Below, one piece after another: positions 45,739-54,442 of a DNA stretch of 64,000 nucleotides; positions within the stretch are counted from its first letter, which is position 1; every line of letters begins with the position of its first letter. The translations under genes and the position numbers were made by a program. The notes under the pieces are model-generated. The model did no database searches, was not told the DNA's origin, and saw only the letters and a program-made list of their open reading frames with translations. The stretch comes from Acidimicrobiaceae bacterium (GTDB lineage Bacteria; Actinomycetota; Acidimicrobiia; Acidimicrobiales; Salinilacustritrichaceae): positions 619-64,618 of the forward strand of contig JAKFET010000049.1 of NCBI GenBank assembly GCA_036675575.1, given 5' to 3'.

Positions 45739-45761
45739 ACTGCGCACCTAGTCTCCCGGCC

Positions 45762-47150
45762 ATGACCGACGCCCCCTGGCTGCAGGACGCCTGCTCGCTC
45801 GTCGACGCCTACCGCGACGGGTCGCGGAACCCGGTGGAGGACACCCAGGCCTGCCTCGACGCCATCGAGGCGTCCGAGCTGAACGCGTTCTCCCACGTCG
45901 ACGCCGAGGCGGCGCTGGCCGCCGCAGCCCGGGCCGACGTCTCCCTGCCGTTCGGCGGGGTGCCGATGGGCATCAAGGAGCTGGAGAAGGTCCAGGGCTG
46001 GCCCGACACCGATGCGTCGCTGGTGTTCCGGGACCGCATCGGCGACGAGGACACCACGATGGTGGCCCGCCTGCGCGGGGCCGGGGCCGTGCTCGTCGGG
46101 CTGTGCGCCGCGTCGGAGTTCGGCGGGCTCAACGTGTCCACCACCAGGCTCAACGGCACCACGCACAACCCCTGGGAGCGCGGACGCACGGCCGGCGGCT
46201 CCTCCGGTGGGTCGGCTGCGGCGGTGGCCGGCGGCCTGGTCCCCATCGCCAGCGGCGGCGACGGAGGCGGCTCGATCCGGATCCCGGCGGCCTTCAACGG
46301 CAACGTCGGCATGAAGGGCACGGCGGGCCGCATCCCCCGTGGCCCGAAGACCGAGATCGCCCCGCTCACGGTGGTCAAGGGCTGTCAGGCCCGCAGCGTG
46401 CGCGACGTGGCCCGCTGGTTCGACGTCTGCGCCGGCTACGACTTCCGCGACCCGTACTCGCTGCCCAGCCCCGGCGGCTGGGAGGCGGGCCTCGGCACCC
46501 ACGACCTGCGTGGCCTGCGGGTGGCGGTGGTGCCTGACCTCGGCCGGGCGGTCCTGCGACCGGAGGTGGAGGCCAACGTGCGCGACGCAGCCGACGCCCT
46601 CATCGCCGATGCCGGGCTCGTCCGCGTCGACGTCGCCGTCGAGCTGCCCGGCCTCGGGTTCGAGTGGGCGATGTCGAACCTGGCACAGCTGGCCAAGGAC
46701 CTGGACGGCCTGTGGCCCGACTGCAAGGAGGACCTGACCCGGGAGATGGCGATGGGGTTCGAGATGGCCCACGCCAGCTACGACCTCGCCATGGCCGCCC
46801 AGGTCGAGCGCCGCCGCACCGAGCTCAACGAGGCGCTCGCCGCCGTGTTCGACCAGGTCGACCTGGTCATCTCGGCCACCAACCCCGACGTGGCGTACCC
46901 GGCCCAGATCACCGCCAACACCCGGGTGGGTGAGCAGAAGGTGGGCCTCGAGAACAACGGCCTCCTCACGATCCCGGCCAACATCGTCGGCGTCCCCGCC
47001 GTGTCGGTCCCCGTGGCCCCCGCCTTCGGCCTCCCCGTCGGCATGCAGATCATGGCCCGCCACCACCAGGACGCCGTCCTCCTCGACCTCGCCCTGCAGG
47101 TGGAGCGCACGCTGCCCTGGCCGCTCGTCGCCCCCGGCGCGCCCGTCTAG
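45762..47150 (+). CDS. amidase (amidase-signature family)
   Basis: 462 aa from ATG 45762 with AS motifs GGSSGGSAAAVA and GGDGGGSIRIPA. Confidence 0.9.
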   Translation: MTDAPWLQDACSLVDAYRDGSRNPVEDTQACLDAIEASELNAFSHVDAEAALAAAARADVSLPFGGVPMGIKELEKVQGWPDTDASLVFRDRIGDEDTTMVARLRGAGAVLVGLCAASEFGGLNVSTTRLNGTTHNPWERGRTAGGSSGGSAAAVAGGLVPIASGGDGGGSIRIPAAFNGNVGMKGTAGRIPRGPKTEIAPLTVVKGCQARSVRDVARWFDVCAGYDFRDPYSLPSPGGWEAGLGTHDLRGLRVAVVPDLGRAVLRPEVEANVRDAADALIADAGLVRVDVAVELPGLGFEWAMSNLAQLAKDLDGLWPDCKEDLTREMAMGFEMAHASYDLAMAAQVERRRTELNEALAAVFDQVDLVISATNPDVAYPAQITANTRVGEQKVGLENNGLLTIPANIVGVPAVSVPVAPAFGLPVGMQIMARHHQDAVLLDLALQVERTLPWPLVAPGAPV

Positions 47151-47208
47151 GGCGGGTCCCGCGACCCGGGCCGGAGTTCCTGTCAGACCCCCTGGGGAAG
47201 ATGGGGCC

Positions 47209-47394
47209 ATGGCAACACAGACCCGCCTCCTGCCCGCCGGACCGCAGCGCACCGCCTTCCACCTCGACCCCCGCAGCCGGGAGGCCGGCCGCAAGGGCGT
47301 GGCCAAGGCCCGGGCCGCCCTGGCCGACACGGTGGCCCGCACCCAGGCCGAGCGCCGGGCCCAGGCCGGCGACCACCACGCCCACGCCGCGTGA
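47209..47394 (+). CDS. small hypothetical protein (61 aa)
   Basis: ATG preceded by GGGGAAG ~10 nt upstream. Codons almost all end in G/C. Basic, His-rich C-terminus (GDHHAHAA). No known motif. Confidence 0.4.
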   Translation: MATQTRLLPAGPQRTAFHLDPRSREAGRKGVAKARAALADTVARTQAERRAQAGDHHAHAA

Positions 47395-47424
47395 GCCATG
47401 GAGCCGAACCGAAGGCTGCAGCAC

Positions 47425-47442
47425 CTTGACCGCACGGTCAAG
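47425..47442. promoter_or_regulatory. 18-bp perfect palindrome CTTGACC-GCAC-GGTCAAG (copy 2), overlapping a probable leaderless promoter
   Basis: Same arms as 17767-17784. A TANNNT-type -10 (TACACT, 47451-47456) ends 6 nt before the thiolase ATG 47463. TTGACC could double as the -35 (19-nt spacing, slightly long). Confidence 0.5.
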
Positions 47443-47462
47443 AACGGCCGTACACTGCCGCC

Positions 47463-48641
47463 ATGACCGACGTTGTGATCATCGATGCCGTCCGGACGCC
47501 CGTGGGCCGCCGTGGCGGTGGCCTGTCCACCATGCACCCGGCCGAGCTCCTCGGCATCGCCCAGCAGGCGCTCATCGAGCGCACGGGCATCGACCCGGCC
47601 GAGGTCGGCCAGGTCGTCTCCGGCTGCGTCTCCCAGGTCGGCGAGCAGGCCTTCAACATCGGTCGCACCGCCTGGCTGGCCGCCGGCCTGCCCCAGTCGG
47701 TCGCCGCCACCACGGTCGACACCCAGTGCGGGTCGTCGCAGCAGGCCACCAACATGGCCACCGCCCTCGTGGCCGGCGGCGCCGTCGACGTCGCCATCGC
47801 CTGCGGCGTCGAGGTCATGAGCCGCATCCCCATCGGCTCCAGCGGCCGCAAGGACTTCGGCCTCGGCATCCCGATCCCCAAGACCTACTTCGGCCGCTAC
47901 GAGATGACCTCGCAGTTCGAGGGCGCCGAGCGCATCGCCGAGAAGTGGGGCATCTCCCGCGAGGACACCGACGCGTTCGGCCTCCGCTCCCAGCAGCTGG
48001 CCGCCCGGGCCTGGGCCGAGGACCGCTTCGCCACCCAGATCGTCCCGGTCACCGCCCCCGACGCCGACGAGGAGGGCAACCTGCTCGACTCGACCCACAC
48101 CGTCACCCGTGACGAGGGCCTGCGAGAGACCAGCCTCGAGAAGCTCGGCACGCTGAAGCCCGTCGCCCGCCCCGACGGCGTGCACACGGCCGGCTCGTCC
48201 TCCCAGATCTCCGACGGCGCCGCCGCCGTGCTGCTCATGACCGCCGACAAGGCCAAGGCCCTCGGCCTCACGCCGAAGGCCCGCATCGTCGACACCTGCA
48301 ACGTCGGCGTGGACCCGGTCCTGATGCTCACCGGCCCCATCGACGCCACGTCGCACCTGCTCAAGCGCACCGGCATGAAGATGTCCGACATCGACGTCAC
48401 CGAGATCAACGAGGCCTTCGCCTCCGTGGTGCTGTCGTGGGTCAAGGAGCACAACCCCGACATGGACACCGTCAACCCCAACGGCGGCGCCATCGCCCTC
48501 GGCCACCCCCTCGGCGGCACCGGTGCGGTCCTGCTGACCAAGGCCCTCCACGAGCTCGAGCGCACCGACAAGTCCACCGGGCTCGTCACCATGTGCTGCG
48601 GTGGCGGCCTCGGCACCGGCACCATCATCGAGCGCATCTAA
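47463..48641 (+). CDS. acetyl-CoA C-acyltransferase (thiolase)
   Basis: 392-aa ORF with active-site Cys region VDTQCGSSQQA. C-terminal NPNGGAIALGHPLGGTG and MCCGGGLG. Confidence 0.95.
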   Translation: MTDVVIIDAVRTPVGRRGGGLSTMHPAELLGIAQQALIERTGIDPAEVGQVVSGCVSQVGEQAFNIGRTAWLAAGLPQSVAATTVDTQCGSSQQATNMATALVAGGAVDVAIACGVEVMSRIPIGSSGRKDFGLGIPIPKTYFGRYEMTSQFEGAERIAEKWGISREDTDAFGLRSQQLAARAWAEDRFATQIVPVTAPDADEEGNLLDSTHTVTRDEGLRETSLEKLGTLKPVARPDGVHTAGSSSQISDGAAAVLLMTADKAKALGLTPKARIVDTCNVGVDPVLMLTGPIDATSHLLKRTGMKMSDIDVTEINEAFASVVLSWVKEHNPDMDTVNPNGGAIALGHPLGGTGAVLLTKALHELERTDKSTGLVTMCCGGGLGTGTIIERI

Positions 48642-48673
48642 GCTATCCCTCGACTCCCGCTTCCCCCTCCCCC

Positions 48674-48693
48674 GGCGCTGCGGCGCCAGCGCC
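48674..48693 (+). terminator. hairpin after the thiolase gene
   Basis: GGCGCTG-cggcgc-CAGCGCC, 33 nt after the TAA. GGAGGA for the next gene follows. Confidence 0.4.
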
Positions 48694-48709
48694 CTCCCGG
48701 AGGACGGCA

Positions 48710-49249
48710 GTGAGGTCTCGTCCCGCAACACTCGTGCTCGCGGCCGCCAGCGTGCTGGCGGCCGCCTGCGCGTCTCCCGCCCCGGGCAGCGGCCCGCCCG
48801 CCGACGGTGACGGCGTCGTGACGCACGTGGTCGACGGCGACACCCTCGACGTGCGGGTCGGCGGAACCGAGGAGCGGGTCCGCCTCATCGGCGTCGACAC
48901 CCCCGAGTCCGTGGCGCCGAACCGGCCGGTGCAGTGCTACGGCGCTGAGGCCTCCGCCTACCTGGCGAGCCTGGTCCCGGAGGGCACCGCGGTCCGCCTC
49001 GCCCGCGACGCCGTCGCCCGCGACCAGTTCGGCCGCCTGCTGGCCTACGTGTACCGGGCCGAGGACGACCTGCTCGTCAACCTCGCGCTGGTCGAGCAGG
49101 GCTACGCGGACGCCGTCACGTACGGCGACAACGAGGCCCTGTACCCCCGGCTCGTCGCCGCCGAGGCCGAGGCCCGCGACGGCGGCCGCGGCCTGTGGGG
49201 CGTGTGCGGCGGCCCCGACGTCGACATCGGCCCGCCGCCCGGTCGGTAG
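48710..49249 (+). CDS. thermonuclease (SNase-like) lipoprotein
   Basis: 179 aa from GTG 48710 with lipobox LAAAC. SNase pattern VDGDTL...RLIGVDTPE...GRLLAYV. Confidence 0.8.
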   Translation: MRSRPATLVLAAASVLAAACASPAPGSGPPADGDGVVTHVVDGDTLDVRVGGTEERVRLIGVDTPESVAPNRPVQCYGAEASAYLASLVPEGTAVRLARDAVARDQFGRLLAYVYRAEDDLLVNLALVEQGYADAVTYGDNEALYPRLVAAEAEARDGGRGLWGVCGGPDVDIGPPPGR

Positions 49250-49259
49250 CGTTCCCGCC

Positions 49260-50090
49260 GTGCCGACCCTCGCCGAGCGCCTCGGGCACCCGCCCGACGC
49301 CCGACTGCTCATCGTGAACTGCGACGACCTGGGCTTCTGCCACGCGGCCAGCCACGGCGTCTACCGGGCGCTGCGCGACGGCATCGGCACCAGTGCGTCG
49401 ATCATGATCCCGTGCCCGTGGGCGCGGGAGGCGGCCAGTCACTACCGGGGTGAGGACGTGGGCGTCCACCTCACCCTGACCGCCGAGCACGACCTGTACC
49501 GCTGGGGACCGATCACCCACGCACCCTCGCTCCTCGACGGCGACGGCGGGTTCCCCCGGACGAACATCGACGTCTGGGAGCACGCCGACCTCGACGAGGT
49601 CCGTCGGGAGTGCCGGGCCCAGGTCGAGCGGGCGATCCTGTGGGGCTTCGACGTCAGCCACCTCGACAGCCACATGGGCGTCATGCAGCTGCGCCCCGAG
49701 TTCTTCGACATCTACCTCGACCTGGCCGTCGAGCACGGCCTCCCGATCCGCCTGTCCGGCGCCTCCACGCAGCGCGCCATCGGCTTCCCGTTCCGGGACC
49801 TGGCCGCCGAGGAGGGCGTGCTGTTCCCCGACCGCTTCCTCTACGCACCGGGCATCGGCGCCCGCAAGGCCATCGAGCGGATCATCTACGACCTGCCCGC
49901 CGGCGTCACCGAGGTCTACGTGCACCCGGCCGTCGACACGCCCGAGCTGCGGGCCATCGGCGACACGTGGTCGGGGCGGGTCGACGACCTCGACCTGGTG
50001 CTGAGCGCCGAGACCCGCTCGCTGCTGGAGCGGGCCGGCGTCACCCTCATCGGCTACCGGGAGCTGCGCGACGCGCAGCGGGCGGCCTGA
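49260..50090 (+). CDS. ChbG/HpnK (YdjC)-family carbohydrate deacetylase
   Basis: 276-aa ORF with N-terminal LIVNCDDLGFCHA and HLDSHMGV motifs of the YdjC family. Confidence 0.75.
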   Translation: MPTLAERLGHPPDARLLIVNCDDLGFCHAASHGVYRALRDGIGTSASIMIPCPWAREAASHYRGEDVGVHLTLTAEHDLYRWGPITHAPSLLDGDGGFPRTNIDVWEHADLDEVRRECRAQVERAILWGFDVSHLDSHMGVMQLRPEFFDIYLDLAVEHGLPIRLSGASTQRAIGFPFRDLAAEEGVLFPDRFLYAPGIGARKAIERIIYDLPAGVTEVYVHPAVDTPELRAIGDTWSGRVDDLDLVLSAETRSLLERAGVTLIGYRELRDAQRAA

Positions 50091-50092
50091 GC

Positions 50093-50476
50093 GTGCGCGT
50101 CGCGCTCCGGTCCGGGCTCGCCGCCGCCCTCACCACCGCCGCCCTGCTCGGGACCGCCTGCGACAGCGACCGGCGCGCCATCTCCCGCGACGACCTCCCC
50201 GACGTGCCCGCCGAACCGGATCACGTGGTGGAGCTCGGCGACGACGGCTTCGACGTCGACGAGCTCGAGGTCCTGAGCACCGACCTGGTCGAGTTCCGCA
50301 TCGTCGGCGACGACGACCACGGCATCCGGGCCGACACCCGCATCGACACCGGGCTGCTGTTCCCCGGCGAGTCGACCTTCGTGATCTTCGACCAGCCGGG
50401 CGACTACGAGGTCGTCGACGTCACCGACGAGGACCAACAGCTCCAGGTCACTGCGGTGGCCGACCCCGAGGAGTAG
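50093..50476 (+). CDS. small lipoprotein, cupredoxin-like fold (tentative)
   Basis: 127 aa from GTG 50093 with lipobox LLGTAC. Beta-rich acidic sequence. Function unknown. Confidence 0.55.
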   Translation: MRVALRSGLAAALTTAALLGTACDSDRRAISRDDLPDVPAEPDHVVELGDDGFDVDELEVLSTDLVEFRIVGDDDHGIRADTRIDTGLLFPGESTFVIFDQPGDYEVVDVTDEDQQLQVTAVADPEE

Positions 50477-50479
50477 CGC

Positions 50480-50878
50480 TCAGACGGTGGTGCGGGCCAG
50501 GACGACCTGCGCGGCGTCGCGCCACTCGGCCGACGCGGTCACGGGCATCACCGAGAGCATCCGCCCGATGTTGCCCGTCACCTTGACCCGGCCCTGCATG
50601 AAGCCGACGTTCTGGTCGAGCTCCCCCCGGACGATGTCGAGGTAGTCGGCGTAGGGCACGAGCACCGTGAAGTCGGCGTCGGCAGGAGGCGCGCCGAGGG
50701 CGTTCCAGGTGATGCGCCCGTCCTCGAGCACGGTGTGGAACACGACCTCGCCCTCGGGCGTGCCCGACACCCGGTACTCGACGGTGGCGCTGGCCCCGGG
50801 GCGCTCGGGGAGCTGCTCGGTGGCCTGGCGCTGGACGTCGAGCCAGTCCTGGGTGAGCAGCGGGACCTGCTCCGCCAT
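50480..50878 (-). CDS. SCP2 sterol-binding domain protein
   Basis: 132 aa from ATG 50878, which overlaps the mca stop by 1 nt. C-terminal ...GFMQGRVKVTGNIGRML is typical of SCP2. Confidence 0.7.
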   Translation of the reverse strand: MAEQVPLLTQDWLDVQRQATEQLPERPGASATVEYRVSGTPEGEVVFHTVLEDGRITWNALGAPPADADFTVLVPYADYLDIVRGELDQNVGFMQGRVKVTGNIGRMLSVMPVTASAEWRDAAQVVLARTTV

Positions 50879-51762
50879 CAGCGGGCGGCGGCGTCGGACG
50901 CGCCGACCGAGATACCGTCGAACAGGTCGCCGGTGGACTCGTCGCTCTCCACGTGGCTCACCGCCAGCGTGTACTCGTCCCAGGGGTGGACGGTGGACGC
51001 GACCTCGCGTGGCAGGCCGAACCAGAACGGCGACGTCGGGTCGATCTGGGTGGCGTGGGCCAGCAGGGCGTCCCAGCGCACGTCGGACCACTCGCCGGTG
51101 TGCACCCGGGTGGTGATGCGGTCGTCCTGGTCGGGCCGCTCGAACCACTTCTCGTCGAAGGGCGACTCGAGGCCCATCTCCAGGAACTTCTCGTGCATGG
51201 CCACCATGCGGCCACGGGACCACGCGGTCCAGTACACCTTGTCGACCCGGTGCGGCTCCCCCGCCTCCGGGTACCAACCCGGGTCGGCGGCCCGCTCGAC
51301 GGCGGGCATCGTGACGTCGTGGACCTGGAGGTGGTCGGGGTGGGGGTAGCCCTTCTGGTCGTCGCCGTAGGTCACCACGACCTGGGGCCGCTCCCGGCGC
51401 AGGATGGCGACCAGGCGACCGACGGCCTCGTCGTGGTCGGCGTTGGCGAAGGCCTCGGGGTGGGCGTTCGCCTCGGTGTCGGGCATGCCCGAGTCCCGGT
51501 AGCCGAGGTCGATGACCTCGTCGTAGCCGATGATCTCCGCGGCCCGCGCCAGCTCCTCCCGGCGCACGCCGGGCAGGTCGGCCTTCACCTCGTCGCGGTC
51601 CATGGCCGGGTTCAGGATGTCGCCGGCGGCGCCGTCGGTGCAGCAGACGAGCACCGTGCGGATGCCCTCGGCCCGGCACCGGGCGATCGTCGCCGCTCCC
51701 TTCGAGGACTCGTCGTCCGGGTGGGCGTGGACGGTCAGGATGCAGCGGCGGGCGGTGCTCAC
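50878..51762 (-). CDS. mca: mycothiol S-conjugate amidase (LmbE/PIG-L family)
   Basis: ORF 50878-51927 trimmed to GTG 51762 (VSTARRCILTVHAHPDDESSKGAAT...). Has AHPDDE, NPAMD, GYPHPDH and AHATQIDP, as in Mca. Alternative starts are ATG 51798 or 51927. Confidence 0.85.
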   Translation of the reverse strand: MSTARRCILTVHAHPDDESSKGAATIARCRAEGIRTVLVCCTDGAAGDILNPAMDRDEVKADLPGVRREELARAAEIIGYDEVIDLGYRDSGMPDTEANAHPEAFANADHDEAVGRLVAILRRERPQVVVTYGDDQKGYPHPDHLQVHDVTMPAVERAADPGWYPEAGEPHRVDKVYWTAWSRGRMVAMHEKFLEMGLESPFDEKWFERPDQDDRITTRVHTGEWSDVRWDALLAHATQIDPTSPFWFGLPREVASTVHPWDEYTLAVSHVESDESTGDLFDGISVGASDAAAR

Positions 51763-51808
51763 CCGGGCAACGCTAACGACCTGCACAGATGAGTACATCC
51801 CACGGGTG

Positions 51809-51874
51809 TCGGTTCGGCGGCTTCGCCGCCACAGAGACACCGTGACATGGGTCGCCTCGCCTGTCGGCTCGCTC
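51809..51874 (-). repeat. interspersed junction repeat, copy C (core 66 nt; its ATG sORF runs 51848-51759)
   Basis: The reverse complement reads GAGCGAGCCGACAGGCGAGGCGACCCATGTCACGGTGTCTCTGTGGCGGCGAAGCCGCCGAACCGA. It begins right after the TAG (51877-51875) of the upstream membrane-protein gene. Confidence 0.85.
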
Positions 51875-52180
51875 CTAGCGGTTGCTGTAGCGGTCGCTGC
51901 CGTCGTTGACGGTCCACGACCCGCCACGCCGCAACCACCAGCCCGAGGCGGCGCCGGCGACGAGGCCGACCAGGACGCCGACGGGCAGGGCGATGCGGAA
52001 GAGCCCGGTGCGCACGATGGGACGGTCGATGCCGTTCGGCTCGAACGAGGCCAGCGTGTAGAAGGGGATCGCGATCAGGAAGAAGCAGATCGCAGCGGCC
52101 CCCACCCCGATGCCGACGCCGAGCGCGATCGACCGGCCGAGCGGGCGCTCACTGGTCTTGCTGGCCGGTGGCGGTGCCAT
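51875..52180 (-). CDS. small membrane protein (101 aa)
   Basis: C-terminal part of ORF 51875-53470, from ATG 52180. Has two or three hydrophobic helices (GVGIGVGAAAICFFLIAIPF, ALPVGVLVGLVAGAASGWW). Confidence 0.55.
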   Translation of the reverse strand: MAPPPASKTSERPLGRSIALGVGIGVGAAAICFFLIAIPFYTLASFEPNGIDRPIVRTGLFRIALPVGVLVGLVAGAASGWWLRRGGSWTVNDGSDRYSNR

Positions 52181-52216
52181 TCCGCCAACGGTACTGCCGG
52201 TCCGTACCATCCGACC

Positions 52217-52942
52217 GTGCCCAGCCGATGCTCCATCCGCCGGGGCCGCTGGGCGCTCCTGCCGGCGGCGCTGCTCGTCGTCGCGTCGGCGTGCGGCGAC
52301 GACGCCGACGAGGTCGCAGCCACCGGCAACGAGCGCGCCGACCAGGCTCGCGCGGCAGCCCTCGAGGCCGGGCTCGAGGACGACGTGGCCGACTTCCTGG
52401 CGCTGCTGGCCCGAGGCGACACCGCCACCTACGAGGTCCGGTTCCCGGGGCCCACGCAGGGCACCGAGCTGGTGGTCACCAGCCGCCCCCCGGACCGCCG
52501 GGTGGAGCTGCTCAGCGAGGGCGCGACGACCGAGGTTCGCCTGGTCACCGACGGACAGGCCTACACGTGCACCCCAACGGAGGAGGAGGACGAGCTCACC
52601 TGCGACCGCACGGATGCCCTGGTCGACCCACCGGGCGTGTTCCGCGCCGAGGCGCTCGACGGCCTCACCGAGGCGCTCGCCGACCAGGTCGACGACTACA
52701 CCTTCGAGATCGAGGTGCTGCCGGTCGCCGGCATCGAGGCACGCTGCCTCGTCACCCGGCTGCGCAGCGGTCGAGAGGCTCCCGGGTTGGGGGCGAGCGG
52801 GACCATCTGCGCGTCCGACGAAGGCGCGGTGGTGCTGGTCGACCAGGGCGGCGACCGCCTCGAGGCACTCGACTACTCGAACCAGGTGCGCGCCGACGCC
52901 TTCGTGCGACCCGACGCACCGGCCTCCGACGAGGGCGCCTAG
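52217..52942 (+). CDS. lipoprotein, unknown function
   Basis: From GTG 52217 with lipobox LVVASAC. High GC3 throughout. Confidence 0.6.
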   Translation: MPSRCSIRRGRWALLPAALLVVASACGDDADEVAATGNERADQARAAALEAGLEDDVADFLALLARGDTATYEVRFPGPTQGTELVVTSRPPDRRVELLSEGATTEVRLVTDGQAYTCTPTEEEDELTCDRTDALVDPPGVFRAEALDGLTEALADQVDDYTFEIEVLPVAGIEARCLVTRLRSGREAPGLGASGTICASDEGAVVLVDQGGDRLEALDYSNQVRADAFVRPDAPASDEGA

Positions 52943-52981
52943 CGGCCCGCACCGCACGTCCCCGCTCGGTACGCTCGGGCC

Positions 52982-53473
52982 GTGGACGACCCCGACTTCT
53001 GGCGGTGGGTCTGGCTGGCGGCGGCGGTGACCTTCGGTCTCGGCGAGATGGCCTCGGCGGGCAGCTTCTTCCTCGCACCCTTCGCGCTGGGCGCCGTCGG
53101 CGCCGCGGCGGCGTCGTTCCTCGGGGCGCCGATCGCCATCGGCTGGCTGATCTTCGTCATCGTCTCGGCGGCGGCGTTCGCCGCCCTCCGACCCCTCGCC
53201 GCCCGCCTCGATGCCTCCTCCAAGGCCCCGCTCGGCGTCGGCGCCACCCGCCTCGTCGGCGAGCACGGCGTCGTGCTCACCGAGGTGCCGGCCGGGACCG
53301 ACGAGCTCGGCTCGGTGCGCATCGGCCGCGAGGAGTGGCGCGCCGAGGCGCTCGACGGCGGCCCCCTCGCCCCCGGCACGCACGTGACCGTCCTCGAGGT
53401 CCGCGGCACCCGGGTCGTCGTCTACCCCACCGGCCTGCCGGCCTCCACCCGACCACCGGAAAGGCCCCACTAG
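52982..53473 (+). CDS. NfeD-family membrane protein
   Basis: 163-aa ORF with N-terminal TM helices and a C-terminal OB-like region (GSVRIGREEWRAEA...G..V.V), directly upstream of an SPFH gene. Confidence 0.8.
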   Translation: MDDPDFWRWVWLAAAVTFGLGEMASAGSFFLAPFALGAVGAAAASFLGAPIAIGWLIFVIVSAAAFAALRPLAARLDASSKAPLGVGATRLVGEHGVVLTEVPAGTDELGSVRIGREEWRAEALDGGPLAPGTHVTVLEVRGTRVVVYPTGLPASTRPPERPH

Positions 53474-54438
53474 TGGCCCTCATCATCGTCCTGGCGGTCC
53501 TCGCCTTCTTCCTGTTCGTGTACGTCGCCGCCGGCGTCCGCATCGTGAAGCCGTACCAGCGCGGCATCATCGAACGACTCGGTAAGTACAAGGAGACGGT
53601 GGACCCCGGCCTCACGCTCATCATCCCCTTCGTGGACACGATGCGCGTGGTGGACATGCGCGAGCAGGTGGTCGACGTCCCCCCGCAGGAGGTCATCACC
53701 TCCGACAACGTGGGGGTGTCCGTCGACGCCGTCGTGTACTACGAGCCGACCGACCCGCAGCGCCTCATCTACAACGTCGCCAACTTCATCCTCGCGGTCA
53801 CGAAGCTGGCCCAGACCAACCTGCGCAACGTCATCGGCGACCTCCCGCTGGACGAGTCGCTGACGTCGCGGGACAAGATCAACATCGCGCTGCGCGAGAT
53901 CCTCGACGACGCCACCGACAAGTGGGGCGTGCGGGTGGTGCGGGTCGAGATCCAGCGGATCGATCCGCCGCCGGACGTGATGAGCGCCATGCACGAGCAG
54001 ATGAAGGCCGAGCGCACGCGCCGCGCGGTGGTCACCGAGGCCCAGGGCCGTCGCGAGGCGGCGATCACCACCGCCGAGGGCGCCAAGGCCGCCGCCATCC
54101 TCGAGGCGGAGGGAGACAAGGCCAAGCAGGTGCTGGAGGCCGAGGGCCACGCCGAGGCGACGCGCAAGTACGCCGAGGCGGAGCAGTACCGCCAGACGGC
54201 CGTGGCCGAGGGCGAGGCCGCCGCCATCCGCTCCGTGTACCAGGCCATCCACGACGGGAACCCGTCCAACGACCTGCTCGCCATCAAGTACCTGGAAACC
54301 CTGCAGAAGCTGGGCGACGGGCAGGCCACCAAGATCATCGTGCCCACCGAGCTGGGCGGCCTCGCCGGCGCGCTTGCGGGCGTGACCGAGCTGCTCGAGC
54401 GCACCGGCTCCGACGGGCGAGCCACCGCGGCGAGCTGA
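53473..54438 (+). CDS. SPFH/band-7 (stomatin/prohibitin-like) protein
   Basis: 321 aa from GTG 53473, overlapping the upstream TAG by 1 nt. IVKPYQRGIIERLGKY...ITSDNV...NLRNVIG...WGVRVVRVEIQRIDPP. Confidence 0.9.
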   Translation: MALIIVLAVLAFFLFVYVAAGVRIVKPYQRGIIERLGKYKETVDPGLTLIIPFVDTMRVVDMREQVVDVPPQEVITSDNVGVSVDAVVYYEPTDPQRLIYNVANFILAVTKLAQTNLRNVIGDLPLDESLTSRDKINIALREILDDATDKWGVRVVRVEIQRIDPPPDVMSAMHEQMKAERTRRAVVTEAQGRREAAITTAEGAKAAAILEAEGDKAKQVLEAEGHAEATRKYAEAEQYRQTAVAEGEAAAIRSVYQAIHDGNPSNDLLAIKYLETLQKLGDGQATKIIVPTELGGLAGALAGVTELLERTGSDGRATAAS

Positions 54439-54442
54439 CGGG

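Noticed and set aside
51763-51927. Longer Mca N-terminus starting at ATG 51798 or ATG 51927 (the ORF-track start).
   Set aside because: The extension runs through the repeat element and overlaps the upstream gene. It has poor codon usage (TCA, TCT, GTT, GTT). Mca-type proteins normally begin a few residues before the AHPDDE motif. It is kept as an alternative only.
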